A DNA stretch of 60,160 nt from Gammaproteobacteria bacterium (GCA_038114285.1 JAYNQN010000004.1:16681-76840), one strand, 5' to 3'; positions 28,724 through 39,378 are shown, counted from the stretch's first letter. Program-made: numbers and translations. The notes: generated by a model not told the origin, from the letters alone.

Positions 28724-29896
28724 ATGAATTATTTAATGAAAAACTATAAACCAATAAACATTTCTTTTGACTATGGCAAAGGCTGTTATTTATATACCAA
28801 AAAAAAAGAGAAATACCTTGATGCTTTGTCAGGCATAGGTGTATGTTGTCTTGGTCATGCTCATAATGAAATTACAAAAGTTATAAATGATCAAACTAAA
28901 AAACTAATTCATGTATCAAATTTATTTAATATAAAAAATCAAGAAATTTTAGCTGATAAACTTTGTAAAATTTCTAAAATGAATTCTGCATTTTTTTGTA
29001 ATTCTGGCTCTGAAGCAAATGAAACAGCATTAAAATTGGCCAGACTACATTCAAATAATAAAAATCTAAAAAATCCAAAAATAATAGTTTTTGATAAATC
29101 TTGGCATGGAAGAACTATTGCAACTCTTAGTGCTACAGGAAATAAGTCTGTGCAAGCTGGGTTTAAACCTCTTCTTAATGGTTTTATTAAATGTCAATTA
29201 AATGACACAAAAGCAGTAAAAAAAATTATTAGTAACAATAATGTATCGGCAATTATGCTTGAAACCATACAAGGAGAAGGTGGTATAAGACTAGCTGAAG
29301 ATAAATTTCTTAAAGATATTAGAAAGATTACGTCAAAAAAAGATATATTATTAATAATAGATGAAGTACAAACCGGAATGGGTAGAACTGGGAAATGGTT
29401 CTCATATCAGCATTCCAACATAAAACCCGATATTGTGACATGTGCAAAAGGATTAGGTAATGGTGTGCCAATTGGAGCATGCTTAGGAAATAAAAAAGTA
29501 AGTGATTTATTCACACCAGGATCACATGGAAGTACTTTTGGGGGAAATCCTCTAGTTTGTGCTGTTTCTTCAAAAGTTATTGATGTGATTGAAAAAAACA
29601 AACTATACAAACATTCTGAAAATATTGGGAACTATCTAATTAATGAAATTAAAAATAAAGTACAAGATCTAAGTGTTGTAAAAGAAGTCAGAGGTAAAGG
29701 TTTAATGATAGGCATTGAAATAAATATAAAAAATTCTAATATTGTAAAAGATTGTCTTGATAAAAAATTAATACTTAATCTTACATCAGAAAATGTTATT
29801 AGATTACTACCGCCACTTATTCTAAAGAAGAGTGAGGCTAATTTTATAGCTAAAACACTTCAGAAAATACTACAAGGATATTCAAATGGAAAGTAA
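28724..29896 (+). CDS. argD: acetylornithine aminotransferase
   Basis: 390 aa class-III aminotransferase. FCNSGSEANE, DEVQTGMGRTGK, and the PLP Lys in TCAKGLGNG. Overlaps argF by 11 nt. Confidence 0.85.
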   Translation: MNYLMKNYKPINISFDYGKGCYLYTKKKEKYLDALSGIGVCCLGHAHNEITKVINDQTKKLIHVSNLFNIKNQEILADKLCKISKMNSAFFCNSGSEANETALKLARLHSNNKNLKNPKIIVFDKSWHGRTIATLSATGNKSVQAGFKPLLNGFIKCQLNDTKAVKKIISNNNVSAIMLETIQGEGGIRLAEDKFLKDIRKITSKKDILLIIDEVQTGMGRTGKWFSYQHSNIKPDIVTCAKGLGNGVPIGACLGNKKVSDLFTPGSHGSTFGGNPLVCAVSSKVIDVIEKNKLYKHSENIGNYLINEIKNKVQDLSVVKEVRGKGLMIGIEINIKNSNIVKDCLDKKLILNLTSENVIRLLPPLILKKSEANFIAKTLQKILQGYSNGK

Positions 29897-30788
29897 ACAC
29901 TTCTTAACATTGCTTGATATCCCTAAGGAAGAGATAAAAAATCTTATCCATAGAGCAATTGAGCTTAAAAAAATGACAAAAGAAAATATTGTTTATACAC
30001 CTCTACAAAACAAAACACTTGCACTTTTATTTGATAAATCATCTACAAGAACAAGAGTTTCTTTTGAAGTAGGTATGACTCATTTTGGAGGGAATACTTT
30101 GTTTCTATCTCCAAGAGATACGCAACTTGGAAGAGGTGAGCCAATTGAAGATACTGCTAAAGTTATATCAAGTATGGTTGACTGCGTTGTAATTAGAACT
30201 CATGATCATGACGATGTTGTAAAATTTAGCTCAAAGTCGTCAGTGCCTGTAATAAATGGATTAACTGAACTTGTTCATCCCTGCCAACTCCTTGCTGACG
30301 TAATGACATATGTTGAAATTAATGGAGATATAACAGGAAAAAAAGTTGCCTGGATTGGCGATGCAAACAACATGTGTAATTCATACATTAATGCTTCTAA
30401 ACAATTTGACTTTGAGTTATCAATAGCCACTCCAGAAAAATATATTCCCTCTCTATATAAAGATGATAAAAATATTGTTCTAACTCATGATCCATTAGAT
30501 GCTGCAAAGGATGCGGACTTAATCGTAACAGATGTATGGGCAAGTATGGGGCAAGAGGATGAAGAAGATGAAAGAAAGAAAATATTTAAATCTCTTCAGG
30601 TAAACAAAAATGTTATGAGCGTTGCAAACAAAAATGCAATTTTTATGCATTGTTTACCTGCACATAGAGGAGAAGAAGTTACATCTGAAGTATTAGATAG
30701 TAAATCAAGTGTAGTTTGGCAAGAGGCAGAAAATAGACTACACGCTCAAAAAGCACTACTTGAATATCTTTTGGTTAAGGATATTTAA
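29886..30788 (+). CDS. argF: ornithine carbamoyltransferase
   Basis: STRTR carbamoyl-phosphate motif, HPCQ, and the HCLPAHRGEE ornithine-site motif. Confidence 0.9.
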   Translation: MESKHFLTLLDIPKEEIKNLIHRAIELKKMTKENIVYTPLQNKTLALLFDKSSTRTRVSFEVGMTHFGGNTLFLSPRDTQLGRGEPIEDTAKVISSMVDCVVIRTHDHDDVVKFSSKSSVPVINGLTELVHPCQLLADVMTYVEINGDITGKKVAWIGDANNMCNSYINASKQFDFELSIATPEKYIPSLYKDDKNIVLTHDPLDAAKDADLIVTDVWASMGQEDEEDERKKIFKSLQVNKNVMSVANKNAIFMHCLPAHRGEEVTSEVLDSKSSVVWQEAENRLHAQKALLEYLLVKDI

Positions 30789-31513
30789 TCCTCGTCGAGC
30801 TCGGATCTAACTTGTTCTACGGATGTATGTCTAATATCTTTTCCTTTAACTAGATAGATAGTATGTTGTGCGATATTTTTTGCGTGGTCCCCAATTCTTT
30901 CAATACTTTTTGCACACGTCGATATAGAGAGAAAATTTTTGACTGCCTTATCATCATTTAATTTTGCAATATAGGATATTAATTCTTTCATGCATGATTT
31001 AAATTCTAAATCTATTTTTTTATCAGTTTGTATTACTTCTAGCGCTTGATCAACTGATTTTCTGGCGTAAGAATCAATAGAGTTGTGTAAAATGGTTGAT
31101 GTACTATTTCCAAGATGCTCCAAAGTCTTTAGAAGTGCAGGGTCAATATTTTCATAATTTAATTTTAAAGATAGTCTAGCTATTTTTTCAGCTTCATCGC
31201 CAACCCTTTCAAGATCAGTTATGATTCTTAAAATCACTATTATTGTTCTCAAATCAGATGCAACAGGGGTTTGAAGAGCTAGTATTGTGTTACATTTTTC
31301 ATCTATATCGATTTCTAACTTATTAACCAAAAAATCGTTTGTTGCAACCTTTTGAGATAATGAGCTTTCGTTATTTATTAGCCCGCGTAATGCATCGACA
31401 TATGACGATTCTACTACTCCAGACATTTCAAGAGTTTTAGATTGTATCTCGCTCATAGCTTCATCATAAGATCGTGAGATATGCCCGGTGTTTCCTTGGT
31501 TTTCCTTCATCAC
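30785..31513 (-). CDS. phoU: phosphate signalling complex protein PhoU
   Basis: 242 aa with two PhoU repeats containing DLERVGDEAEKI and SIERIGDHAKNI. Confidence 0.9.
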   Translation of the reverse strand: MMKENQGNTGHISRSYDEAMSEIQSKTLEMSGVVESSYVDALRGLINNESSLSQKVATNDFLVNKLEIDIDEKCNTILALQTPVASDLRTIIVILRIITDLERVGDEAEKIARLSLKLNYENIDPALLKTLEHLGNSTSTILHNSIDSYARKSVDQALEVIQTDKKIDLEFKSCMKELISYIAKLNDDKAVKNFLSISTCAKSIERIGDHAKNIAQHTIYLVKGKDIRHTSVEQVRSELDED

Positions 31514-31535
31514 CTTTTTTAATAATTAATTTTTT

Positions 31536-31553
31536 GTGTAATAAAACTGTAAC
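31536..31553 (+). promoter_or_regulatory. candidate Pho box (PhoB binding site) with downstream -10-like TTTAAT (31564..31569)
   Basis: GTGTAAT-AAAA-CTGTAAC, against the E. coli consensus CTGTCAT-A(A/T)A(T/A)-CTGT(C/A)A(C/T). That is 16 of 18 matches with 11-bp periodicity, 105 nt upstream of pstC. Confidence 0.4.
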
Positions 31554-31657
31554 AAAATCATGTTTTAATCATTGTTATGTTTTTTAAATTATTTTTCATA
31601 CTACTTTGTAAAAGAAAAAAAATCAAATAATACATAAATTTAAGACAATTTTTTATA

Positions 31658-32878
31658 ATGAGTATCACATCAATATTGTTAATTATAGGTTTATTTAGCA
31701 TTTCCGGTTATTATGCTGGTCTTAAAAAATCTTTAGTTTTGAGAGAAAATAAAAAACTTCATTCTGCACCAATATATCATGGTGCTTTATTAGCAATAAA
31801 CTCATCTTTATCTTCGATTTTTTTTATAATTTCCTGGCTGGTAATTGAAAAAAATTTTTATACTGACTTAGAGTCTTTTAGAAACATACTTTATATAATT
31901 TCAATTGTTATTTTTCTAACTGTGTCCCTATTAACTTTCAAAAAAATAAAGCACGATTTTCATGCGAGAGATAATTTAGAAAAAATTATTCAGTATTTCC
32001 TTCTTGTTTGTTCATTGTTGGCGATATTAGTCACGATTGGTATTTTTCTTTCAGTAATTTTTGAATCAAACAAATTCTTTGGTGTTATATCAATAACAGA
32101 ATTTTTATTTGGCACGCACTGGAGTCCTCAAATGCCAATAAGAGAAGATCAGGCTGGCTCCTCTGGCGCTTTTGGAGCTGTTCCTTTATTCGCGGGAACT
32201 TTTCTAATTGCTTTTATTTCGATGTGCATAGCTGGCCCTATTGGATTAATGTCTGCCATATATTTATCTGAATATGCTTCTAAAAAAACAAGATCCATTG
32301 TGAAACCTTTAACTGAAATTCTTGCAGGGATCCCGACTGTTGTTTATGGTTTCTTTGCTGTTGTTGTTGTTGCTCCATTTATTAGGAATACAGGATCAAA
32401 TTTTGGAATTGAAATAGCATCTGAGAGTGCTCTTGCAGCAGGCTTGGTTATGGGAATAATGATTATCCCCTTTGTTTCCTCTATATCGGATGATGTCATA
32501 AACGCTGTACCGCAAAATTTAAAAAATGGTTCTCTTGGAGTTGGTGCCACTAAATCAGAAACAATAAAAAAAGTTATTATTCCCGCTGCTCTTCCTGGAA
32601 TAATAGGAGGTTTACTTTTGGCGGTATCAAGAGCAATTGGTGAAACCATGATTGTTGTTATGGCTGCTGGGATGTCGGCAAATTTAACAGCTAATCCGTT
32701 TGAAGCAGTCACAACTGTAACAGTTCAAATAGTTGTTTTACTAGTTGGCGATCAAGAATTTGATAGTCCAAAAACATTAGCAGCTTTCGCACTTGGATTA
32801 GTGCTTTTTATTGTCACATTAATACTTAACTATATAGCTCTTCACGTAGTTAGAAAATATAGAGAACAATATGAATAA
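31658..32878 (+). CDS. pstC: phosphate ABC transporter permease PstC (long form)
   Basis: 406 aa, multi-TM. Permease EAA-type loop SRAIGETMIVVMAAG. First gene of the pstCAB run. Confidence 0.9.
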   Translation: MSITSILLIIGLFSISGYYAGLKKSLVLRENKKLHSAPIYHGALLAINSSLSSIFFIISWLVIEKNFYTDLESFRNILYIISIVIFLTVSLLTFKKIKHDFHARDNLEKIIQYFLLVCSLLAILVTIGIFLSVIFESNKFFGVISITEFLFGTHWSPQMPIREDQAGSSGAFGAVPLFAGTFLIAFISMCIAGPIGLMSAIYLSEYASKKTRSIVKPLTEILAGIPTVVYGFFAVVVVAPFIRNTGSNFGIEIASESALAAGLVMGIMIIPFVSSISDDVINAVPQNLKNGSLGVGATKSETIKKVIIPAALPGIIGGLLLAVSRAIGETMIVVMAAGMSANLTANPFEAVTTVTVQIVVLLVGDQEFDSPKTLAAFALGLVLFIVTLILNYIALHVVRKYREQYE

Positions 32879-34130
32879 TTTGAAAGCAAGACTAGGAAAA
32901 GAAAGAAGATTCCAACTATATGGAATTTTATCTATTACTTTAGCTCTTACTCTTCTTTCAATACTATTTATAAGTATTTTTTCACAAGGTTACACAGCAT
33001 TTCAAGAAACAAAAATACAGCTTGACGTAAATTTTGAACAAAGTGTTTTAGATCCAAAAAAAACAAAGGATTGGGACGTTGTCAAAAAAGCAAATTTCAA
33101 TATATTAATCAAAAATTCAATAAATAAGTTATTCCCAGATGTATCGGGTAGAAGCCAAAAAAGGAAACTTAAAAAGTTAATTAGTACATCTGGCGAATAC
33201 CAACTAAGAAATTATATAAAAAATAATATAGAGGCGATTGGTACTTCTAAAAAAATATGGTTATTAGCTGATGATGATGTTGATATGCTTATAAAGGGTT
33301 ATATAAACAGATTGCTTCCTGAGAATGAAAGAAGAATTGATAATGATGAATTAAGGTGGATTGAGGTTCTAGAAACAAAAAAAATAATTAAAAAATTTTT
33401 CAATAAAACTTTTTTCACAAGTGGTGATTCTGCTGAGTCAGAGCAATCTGGTATATTAGGTGCGCTATTGGGATCACTTTTTGCTCTTAGTATTACCTTA
33501 ATTATATCTTTTCCAATTGGGATTGCGACAGCAATTTATTTAGAAGAATTTGCTCCAAAAAATAATAAATTTATTGATTTTGTTGAGGTTAATATTAATA
33601 ATCTTGCTGCAGTTCCCTCAATAATATTTGGCTTATTAGGTTTAGCAATATTTTTAAACTTTTTCGAGTTGCCGAGATCAGCACCACTTGTTGGCGGCAT
33701 GGTTCTTTCGCTGATGACACTTCCTACTATTATAATTTCTAGTAGAGTATCAATGAAGGCTGTTCCACCTTCAATCAAAGAAGGTGCCTTAGGTGTTGGC
33801 GCATCAGAAATTCAAGCTGTATTTCATCATGTCGTTCCAGTAGCAATTCCTGGTATGTTAACTGGGACAATTATTGGCATGGCAAGAGCTTTAGGAGAAA
33901 GCGCTCCCCTATTAGTAATAGGCATGGTTGCTTTTATAGTCGATATACCTCAGTCGGTGACTGATCCAGCTACAGCATTACCTATTCAGATTTACCTATG
34001 GGCTGATACACCTGAAAGAGGCTTTGTAGAAAGAACCTCTGCAGCTATTATCGTTTTACTAATTTTTCTAATTTTAATGAATAGTCTTGCTGTTTATTTA
34101 AGACAAAAATTTGAAAAAGATATTAACTGA
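32871..34130 (+). CDS. pstA: phosphate ABC transporter permease PstA (long form with large periplasmic loop)
   Basis: 419 aa with the ARALGESAPLLVIGM loop. 8-nt overlap with pstC. TGA stop. Confidence 0.9.
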   Translation: MNNLKARLGKERRFQLYGILSITLALTLLSILFISIFSQGYTAFQETKIQLDVNFEQSVLDPKKTKDWDVVKKANFNILIKNSINKLFPDVSGRSQKRKLKKLISTSGEYQLRNYIKNNIEAIGTSKKIWLLADDDVDMLIKGYINRLLPENERRIDNDELRWIEVLETKKIIKKFFNKTFFTSGDSAESEQSGILGALLGSLFALSITLIISFPIGIATAIYLEEFAPKNNKFIDFVEVNINNLAAVPSIIFGLLGLAIFLNFFELPRSAPLVGGMVLSLMTLPTIIISSRVSMKAVPPSIKEGALGVGASEIQAVFHHVVPVAIPGMLTGTIIGMARALGESAPLLVIGMVAFIVDIPQSVTDPATALPIQIYLWADTPERGFVERTSAAIIVLLIFLILMNSLAVYLRQKFEKDIN

Positions 34131-34148
34131 TGGCATAGCAAATAAAAT

Positions 34149-35021
34149 ATGTATAATACAGACGTAATGAATGATAATAAAAATATAATTGATAGCGACG
34201 ACTTGGTAAGTCAAACGCCCTCTAAACTGGACAATGCAAGAACAATTGGGGATATTCACGTTGAAGATCCTAGAATAATCGCTAAAAATATAAATGTATA
34301 CTATGACAATAAAATTGCTATAAATAACGTAAGTATTGATATTGGTAAAAACGAAGTTCTCGCTATGATTGGTCCATCAGGGTGCGGTAAGTCAACTTTT
34401 CTAAGATGCTTCAATAGAATGAATGACACGATTGAGAGCTGTAAAGTTGAAGGCGAGTTATATTTAGATAATGAAAATATCTTGGATAAAAAAACAGATG
34501 TCGTTCCACTTAGGGCAAAAGTAGGTATGGTTTTTCAAAAACCTAATCCCTTTCCAAAATCTGTTTATGATAATGTTGCATATGGCCCAAAGATTCACGG
34601 GATGGCTAAAAATAAAATTGAATTAGATGAAATAGTTATAAAAAGTTTAGAAAAAGCTGGGCTTTATGAAGAAGTAAAAGATAGATTAGATACTCCTGGG
34701 ACAAGTTTGTCTGGAGGCCAACAACAACGTTTATGTATTGCAAGAACAATTGCAGTTAATCCAGAAGTTATTTTAATGGATGAACCTTGCTCTGCTCTTG
34801 ACCCAATCGCAACTGCAAGAATTGAAGAGTTAATATACGAATTAAAAGAGAATTTTACAATTATAATTGTTACGCATTCTATGCAACAAGCTGCTAGAGT
34901 TTCACAAAGGACTGCATATTTTCATTTGGGTAGTTTAATCGAAGTAGGTTCTACTGATAAAATCTTCACAACACCACAGCACAAATTGACAGAATCGTAC
35001 ATCACAGGAAGATTTGGCTAA
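34149..35021 (+). CDS. pstB: phosphate ABC transporter ATP-binding protein
   Basis: GPSGCGKST Walker [10 protein letters not shown] signature, ILMDEP Walker B. Confidence 0.95.
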   Translation: MYNTDVMNDNKNIIDSDDLVSQTPSKLDNARTIGDIHVEDPRIIAKNINVYYDNKIAINNVSIDIGKNEVLAMIGPSGCGKSTFLRCFNRMNDTIESCKVEGELYLDNENILDKKTDVVPLRAKVGMVFQKPNPFPKSVYDNVAYGPKIHGMAKNKIELDEIVIKSLEKAGLYEEVKDRLDTPGTSLSGGQQQRLCIARTIAVNPEVILMDEPCSALDPIATARIEELIYELKENFTIIIVTHSMQQAARVSQRTAYFHLGSLIEVGSTDKIFTTPQHKLTESYITGRFG

Positions 35022-35031
35022 CTTCGAAAAA

Positions 35032-36333
35032 TTATGTTTTTGGAAATACACAAGTAAATTTACTACCTTCATTAATAGCGCTTTCTATTTCTAATTTTCC
35101 ATCGTGCCTATTCATTATATGCTTAACAATTGACAGGCCTAAACCAGTTCCACCATGTTCCCTGGAACGCCCTTTATCAATTCTATAGAACCTCTCGGTT
35201 AATCTACCAACTGATTCTTCAGGAATACCCGCGCCATAATCTTTGATATAAAATTCAACTTCATTTTCGTTTCTAGCAAGGTAATTTATTTCTATTTCAA
35301 TATTTTTTCCAGAATAAGCAATAGCATTTGATAATAAATTTATTAACGCGCTATATATCTCTTCATATGATCCTTTAATAAAAATATCATTATCAGATAA
35401 TATAGTTACATTATTCTTATTTTTTAAAGCTTCTGGCTTACATGCTGATTTAATTTCATTTGCAACAGTTTTAAGATTAATTTGAGAGAAATCTTTATCT
35501 GGTATATCTGACGATTGAAGCTTAGTAAGTTTTAAAAGGTCACTTATAAGAGAATCCATTCTTTTTGATTGCTTAAGCATTTCTGAAATTATATCGTCAT
35601 CAACATATCCATCATCAGAAAAACTCAATGTCTCAAGGTATCCAAATATCACAGTTAAAGGAGTTTTTAGCTCATGAGAAACATTTGCAATAAAATCTCT
35701 TCTCATTTTATCAAGTTGATCAGATTCAGAAATATCTCTAAAAGTTAGGAGATTCCTGTCTTCACCATAAGGAACCATAAAACATTTTATTGTTAGGTCA
35801 TACTTTAATGGTGATATAAAATTGACAGATGATCCTAATGTATTTTTTTTTATAAATTCTGCAAATGACGGATTTCTAATCATATGTGCTATTGGCTTGC
35901 CAATATCTATCTCTTTTAATGATAAAATTTTTACCGCAGCCTTATTAAACCATTCTGTTTCAAAATTCCTATTCACTACTACAATAGCATCAGGCATGGA
36001 TTCACTTAATTCCTCAAATCTTTTTTCTAATGCTAATAATTTTTCCTGAACTATATTATGGTTTTTAAAATCAGAATTAAATTTTGATACAAGATCTTGA
36101 TGTTTTTGATGATATGCGCTTGATTTATTTATTCTAAAATTATAAAGCCATTTCTCAAAAATATAATTTGTATAAAGAATATATATTATAAAAATACTTA
36201 ACGAGAAAATTAGACCATATAAAAATTTATTAAATAAATGGCCGATTACTAGTCCGGATACTATCAATAATATTAATTTTATTAGATCACTTGCAACCGA
36301 ATAACTTCTAAGTTTATTATCATGATCAGTCAT
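35032..36333 (-). CDS. phoR: phosphate regulon sensor histidine kinase PhoR
   Basis: Two N-terminal TM helices, a PAS region, H-box ANVSHELKTPL and G-box GGTGLGLSIV. Downstream of phoB. Confidence 0.85.
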   Translation of the reverse strand: MTDHDNKLRSYSVASDLIKLILLIVSGLVIGHLFNKFLYGLIFSLSIFIIYILYTNYIFEKWLYNFRINKSSAYHQKHQDLVSKFNSDFKNHNIVQEKLLALEKRFEELSESMPDAIVVVNRNFETEWFNKAAVKILSLKEIDIGKPIAHMIRNPSFAEFIKKNTLGSSVNFISPLKYDLTIKCFMVPYGEDRNLLTFRDISESDQLDKMRRDFIANVSHELKTPLTVIFGYLETLSFSDDGYVDDDIISEMLKQSKRMDSLISDLLKLTKLQSSDIPDKDFSQINLKTVANEIKSACKPEALKNKNNVTILSDNDIFIKGSYEEIYSALINLLSNAIAYSGKNIEIEINYLARNENEVEFYIKDYGAGIPEESVGRLTERFYRIDKGRSREHGGTGLGLSIVKHIMNRHDGKLEIESAINEGSKFTCVFPKT

Positions 36334-36375
36334 AAATTTATTATATATTAAGTAAAGAAATAGTATTTATTTTTT

Positions 36376-37056
36376 TTAATTAGACATCCTATACCCTGCA
36401 CCTCTAACAGTTTGAATACACTTAGAAGAATCAGAAACAAATGATTTTCTTAGTCTCAAGATATGAACGTCTACTGTTCTTTCTTCAACATATATATTCC
36501 TACCCCAAACTAAATCTAGGAGTTGCGATCTACTAAATACTCTTTCTGGATGAGTCATAAAAAAATGCAGCAACTTAAATTCCGTAGGACCCAAATTGAC
36601 ATTGTTTTCTCCATCTGTAACTTTATGGGTCACTGGATTTAATGTGATATTTCCATACTTAACAACTTCCATATCCTTTTGAGGCGCAGTCCTTCTTAAC
36701 AAAGCTTTAATTCTTGCTACAAGTTCTTTTGGAGAAAATGGCTTTGTAACATAATCGTCTGCGCCAGATTCTAGGCCTAACACTTTATCAGACTCGTCTG
36801 ATTTTGCTGTTAACATAATTATTGGTATATCTTTTATTTCGCTAGATGATCTTATAAGTCTAGATATTTCAATTCCTTGTTTGCCTGGCAACATCCAATC
36901 CAAAAGAATTAAATTAATTTCATTTTCCTTAAGTGCATCTAAAGCAGAATTACTGTCCTCAGCTTCTAAAATTTCAAAGCCATCATTTTTTAAAGTAAAA
37001 CAAAGCATTTCTCTTACTGCTTTTTCATCTTCAATTATTAAAATTTTAGCCGCCAT
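36376..37056 (-). CDS. phoB: phosphate regulon response regulator PhoB
   Basis: Receiver domain ILIIEDE...LDWMLPG and OmpR-type winged helix ending TVRGAGYR. Confidence 0.9.
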   Translation of the reverse strand: MAAKILIIEDEKAVREMLCFTLKNDGFEILEAEDSNSALDALKENEINLILLDWMLPGKQGIEISRLIRSSSEIKDIPIIMLTAKSDESDKVLGLESGADDYVTKPFSPKELVARIKALLRRTAPQKDMEVVKYGNITLNPVTHKVTDGENNVNLGPTEFKLLHFFMTHPERVFSRSQLLDLVWGRNIYVEERTVDVHILRLRKSFVSDSSKCIQTVRGAGYRMSN

Positions 37057-37165
37057 TATATTTATAGCCTTTTTTACCAGTCTGCTTTAATATCTTATTT
37101 AAACATATATATGTTAACAAAATATTAAAATTTTAAATAAATATTAAAATATAGGGGGTTTATAT

Positions 37166-38509
37166 ATGGAAGCATTAACAAATTTATTTTCTTGGCTTGA
37201 TAGTATTGCCTGGGGTCCTTATATGCTTGCATTAATTGGTTTAACAGGACTATATTTAATTATTGGCCTAAAATTTATTCCAATAATAAAAATTCCTTAT
37301 GCTCTGAAATTACTATTCTCAAAATCTAATAATACTGACGACGGAGAAATTCCTCCAAGATCTGCGCTTTTTACAGCAATGTCGGCTACAGTAGGGGTTG
37401 GTAATATTGCTGGTGTAGCAACTGCAATCGCATTGGGTGGCCCAGGAGCAATTTTTTGGATGTGGGTTATGGGTTTTATTGGTATGGCCACTAAATATGG
37501 TGAAGCTGTGCTAGCAGTAAAATATCGAGAAACTGATTCAAACGGATCTTTTATTGGTGGCCCAATGTACTACATTAAAAATGGTTTAGGTAATAATTGG
37601 AAATGGCTAGGTTTTATATTTGCATTGTTCGGAACAATTGCCGCTTTTGGTATCGGTAATATGGTTCAATCGAATACCGTTGCAATACAAGTAAAAAATA
37701 CTCTTCAAATTGAACCTTTAATTACAGGATTAATAATTGCATCAATTTCAGCAGTGGTAATAATTGGTGGCGTAAAAAGAATAGGTTTAATTGCATCAAA
37801 TTTAGTCCCTATAATGGCAGTCATATATTTTTTGTCTGCAATTTTTATTGTCTTTGCTAATACAGAAAGAGTGCCAGAGGCTTTTAATTTAATAATAGAA
37901 AATGCATTTGATACCTCTTCGGCAGCTGGCGGTTTTGCAGGTTCAGCTATGGCACTTGCAATGCAATATGGAATTTCAAGAGGGGTATTTTCCAATGAAG
38001 CTGGGTTAGGAAGCGCTCCAATTGCTCATGCTGCAGCTAAAACAAATAGTCCTGTAAGACAAGGTGCTATTGCTATGCTTGGAGTATTTTTTGACACAAT
38101 AATAATTTGCACTCTTACCGCATTAGTAATTTTAATTTGTGGCGCCTGGTTAGGTGATGCGCAAGGAGTAGACTTAACATCGGCAGGATTTGTATTTCAG
38201 TTTCCATATTACGGGAATACTATAGTTACTTTGTCGGTTATACTTTTTGCATTTACTACCATTTTAGGATGGAGTTATTATGGAGAAAGATGTTCGGTTT
38301 ATGTTTTTGGTGAAAAGGCCAAAACTCCTTATAGAGTTCTTTGGATATTGTTTATAATAATTGGAGCATGGGCTTCAAATAATGTTGAATTAATCTGGTC
38401 TCTAGCATCATTTATGAATGGTTTTATGGCTATACCTAATTTAATAGCATTGATATTGTTAAGTCCTGTAATATTTAAATTATCTAAAGAATATTTTACA
38501 AGGAAGTAA
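37166..38509 (+). CDS. alanine/glycine:sodium symporter (AGCS family)
   Basis: 447 aa, about 11 TM helices. FTAMSATVGVGNIAGVATAI signature typical of AGCS transporters. Confidence 0.85.
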   Translation: MEALTNLFSWLDSIAWGPYMLALIGLTGLYLIIGLKFIPIIKIPYALKLLFSKSNNTDDGEIPPRSALFTAMSATVGVGNIAGVATAIALGGPGAIFWMWVMGFIGMATKYGEAVLAVKYRETDSNGSFIGGPMYYIKNGLGNNWKWLGFIFALFGTIAAFGIGNMVQSNTVAIQVKNTLQIEPLITGLIIASISAVVIIGGVKRIGLIASNLVPIMAVIYFLSAIFIVFANTERVPEAFNLIIENAFDTSSAAGGFAGSAMALAMQYGISRGVFSNEAGLGSAPIAHAAAKTNSPVRQGAIAMLGVFFDTIIICTLTALVILICGAWLGDAQGVDLTSAGFVFQFPYYGNTIVTLSVILFAFTTILGWSYYGERCSVYVFGEKAKTPYRVLWILFIIIGAWASNNVELIWSLASFMNGFMAIPNLIALILLSPVIFKLSKEYFTRK

Positions 38510-39378
38510 TGTATAAAAATATAAGCAGTCTAAAAAAAAACGCCATTAAAGATGTCGATATTGCCATTAAAGAAGATTTGGGTTCTGGCGATATTACAAC
38601 AAACTTATTAGGCAAAGATAAAAGTAAGTTATCATCAGCAATTGTAAGGTCAAATGAAGATGCAATACTATGTGGACAGATATGGTTTGAAAGTGCATTT
38701 AGAAATATACAAAAAAAGTATGGTGGAATTTTAAAAATCAAGTGGCTAAAAAAAGATGGTGAAAAAGTAAAAAAAGGCCAAATAATCTGTAAAATTAACG
38801 CGCCATTAAGAACAATATTGGTATCCGAAAGAACAGCTCTCAATTTCTTACAATTTCTTAGTGGAATTTCAACAAAAACACAACTATATAAAAAAAAATT
38901 AAACAATAAAAAAATACAAATATTAGACACAAGAAAAACAATTCCAGGTTTAAGATATTGCCAAAAATACGCTGTTGCATGCGGAGGAGGTAAAAATCAC
39001 AGATTTGGTCTGTATGATCAGGTGCTAATTAAAGAAAATCACATTAATCAAAAATCCTGTAAATATGAAGATTTTTTGAACAACATTCAAAAAAAGATTG
39101 GTTTTAGAAAATTGTCAATAGAAGTTGAGACATTAAGTGAATTAAGAACACTTATAAAATATAAACCGAAAAATATATTGCTTGATAATTTTAAAATACC
39201 AAATATTAAAAAAGCTATTCAAATAATTAATAAAAAAAATACAACTATTGAGATTTCGGGAAATATAAATATTAATAATATTCAAAATTATAAATCTCTT
39301 AACATAGACTATATTTCTATTGGTGATTTAACAAAAAATATTAAGTCTATTGATCTTTCTATGTTAGTTGAAAAATAA
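38509..39378 (+). CDS. nadC: nicotinate-nucleotide diphosphorylase (quinolinate phosphoribosyltransferase)
   Basis: 289 aa. SERTALNFLQ and DTRKTIPGLR motifs. TAATG overlap with the preceding gene. Confidence 0.9.
   Translation: MYKNISSLKKNAIKDVDIAIKEDLGSGDITTNLLGKDKSKLSSAIVRSNEDAILCGQIWFESAFRNIQKKYGGILKIKWLKKDGEKVKKGQIICKINAPLRTILVSERTALNFLQFLSGISTKTQLYKKKLNNKKIQILDTRKTIPGLRYCQKYAVACGGGKNHRFGLYDQVLIKENHINQKSCKYEDFLNNIQKKIGFRKLSIEVETLSELRTLIKYKPKNILLDNFKIPNIKKAIQIINKKNTTIEISGNININNIQNYKSLNIDYISIGDLTKNIKSIDLSMLVEK

Noticed and set aside
37102-37115. Perfect 14-bp palindrome AACATATATATGTT in the phoB/symporter divergent spacer, considered as an operator.
   Set aside because: It is centred on a (TA)n tract, which forms palindromes by chance in DNA this AT-rich. 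It does not resemble a Pho box, and I did not see it repeated elsewhere in the window.
38496-38930. 144-aa ORF antisense to the end of the symporter gene and the start of nadC.
   Set aside because: It lies entirely inside well-supported conserved genes on the opposite strand and has low-complexity Phe/Leu/Ser-rich content. This is the typical shadow ORF of an AT-rich coding region. It has no ribosome-binding site and no recognisable motif.
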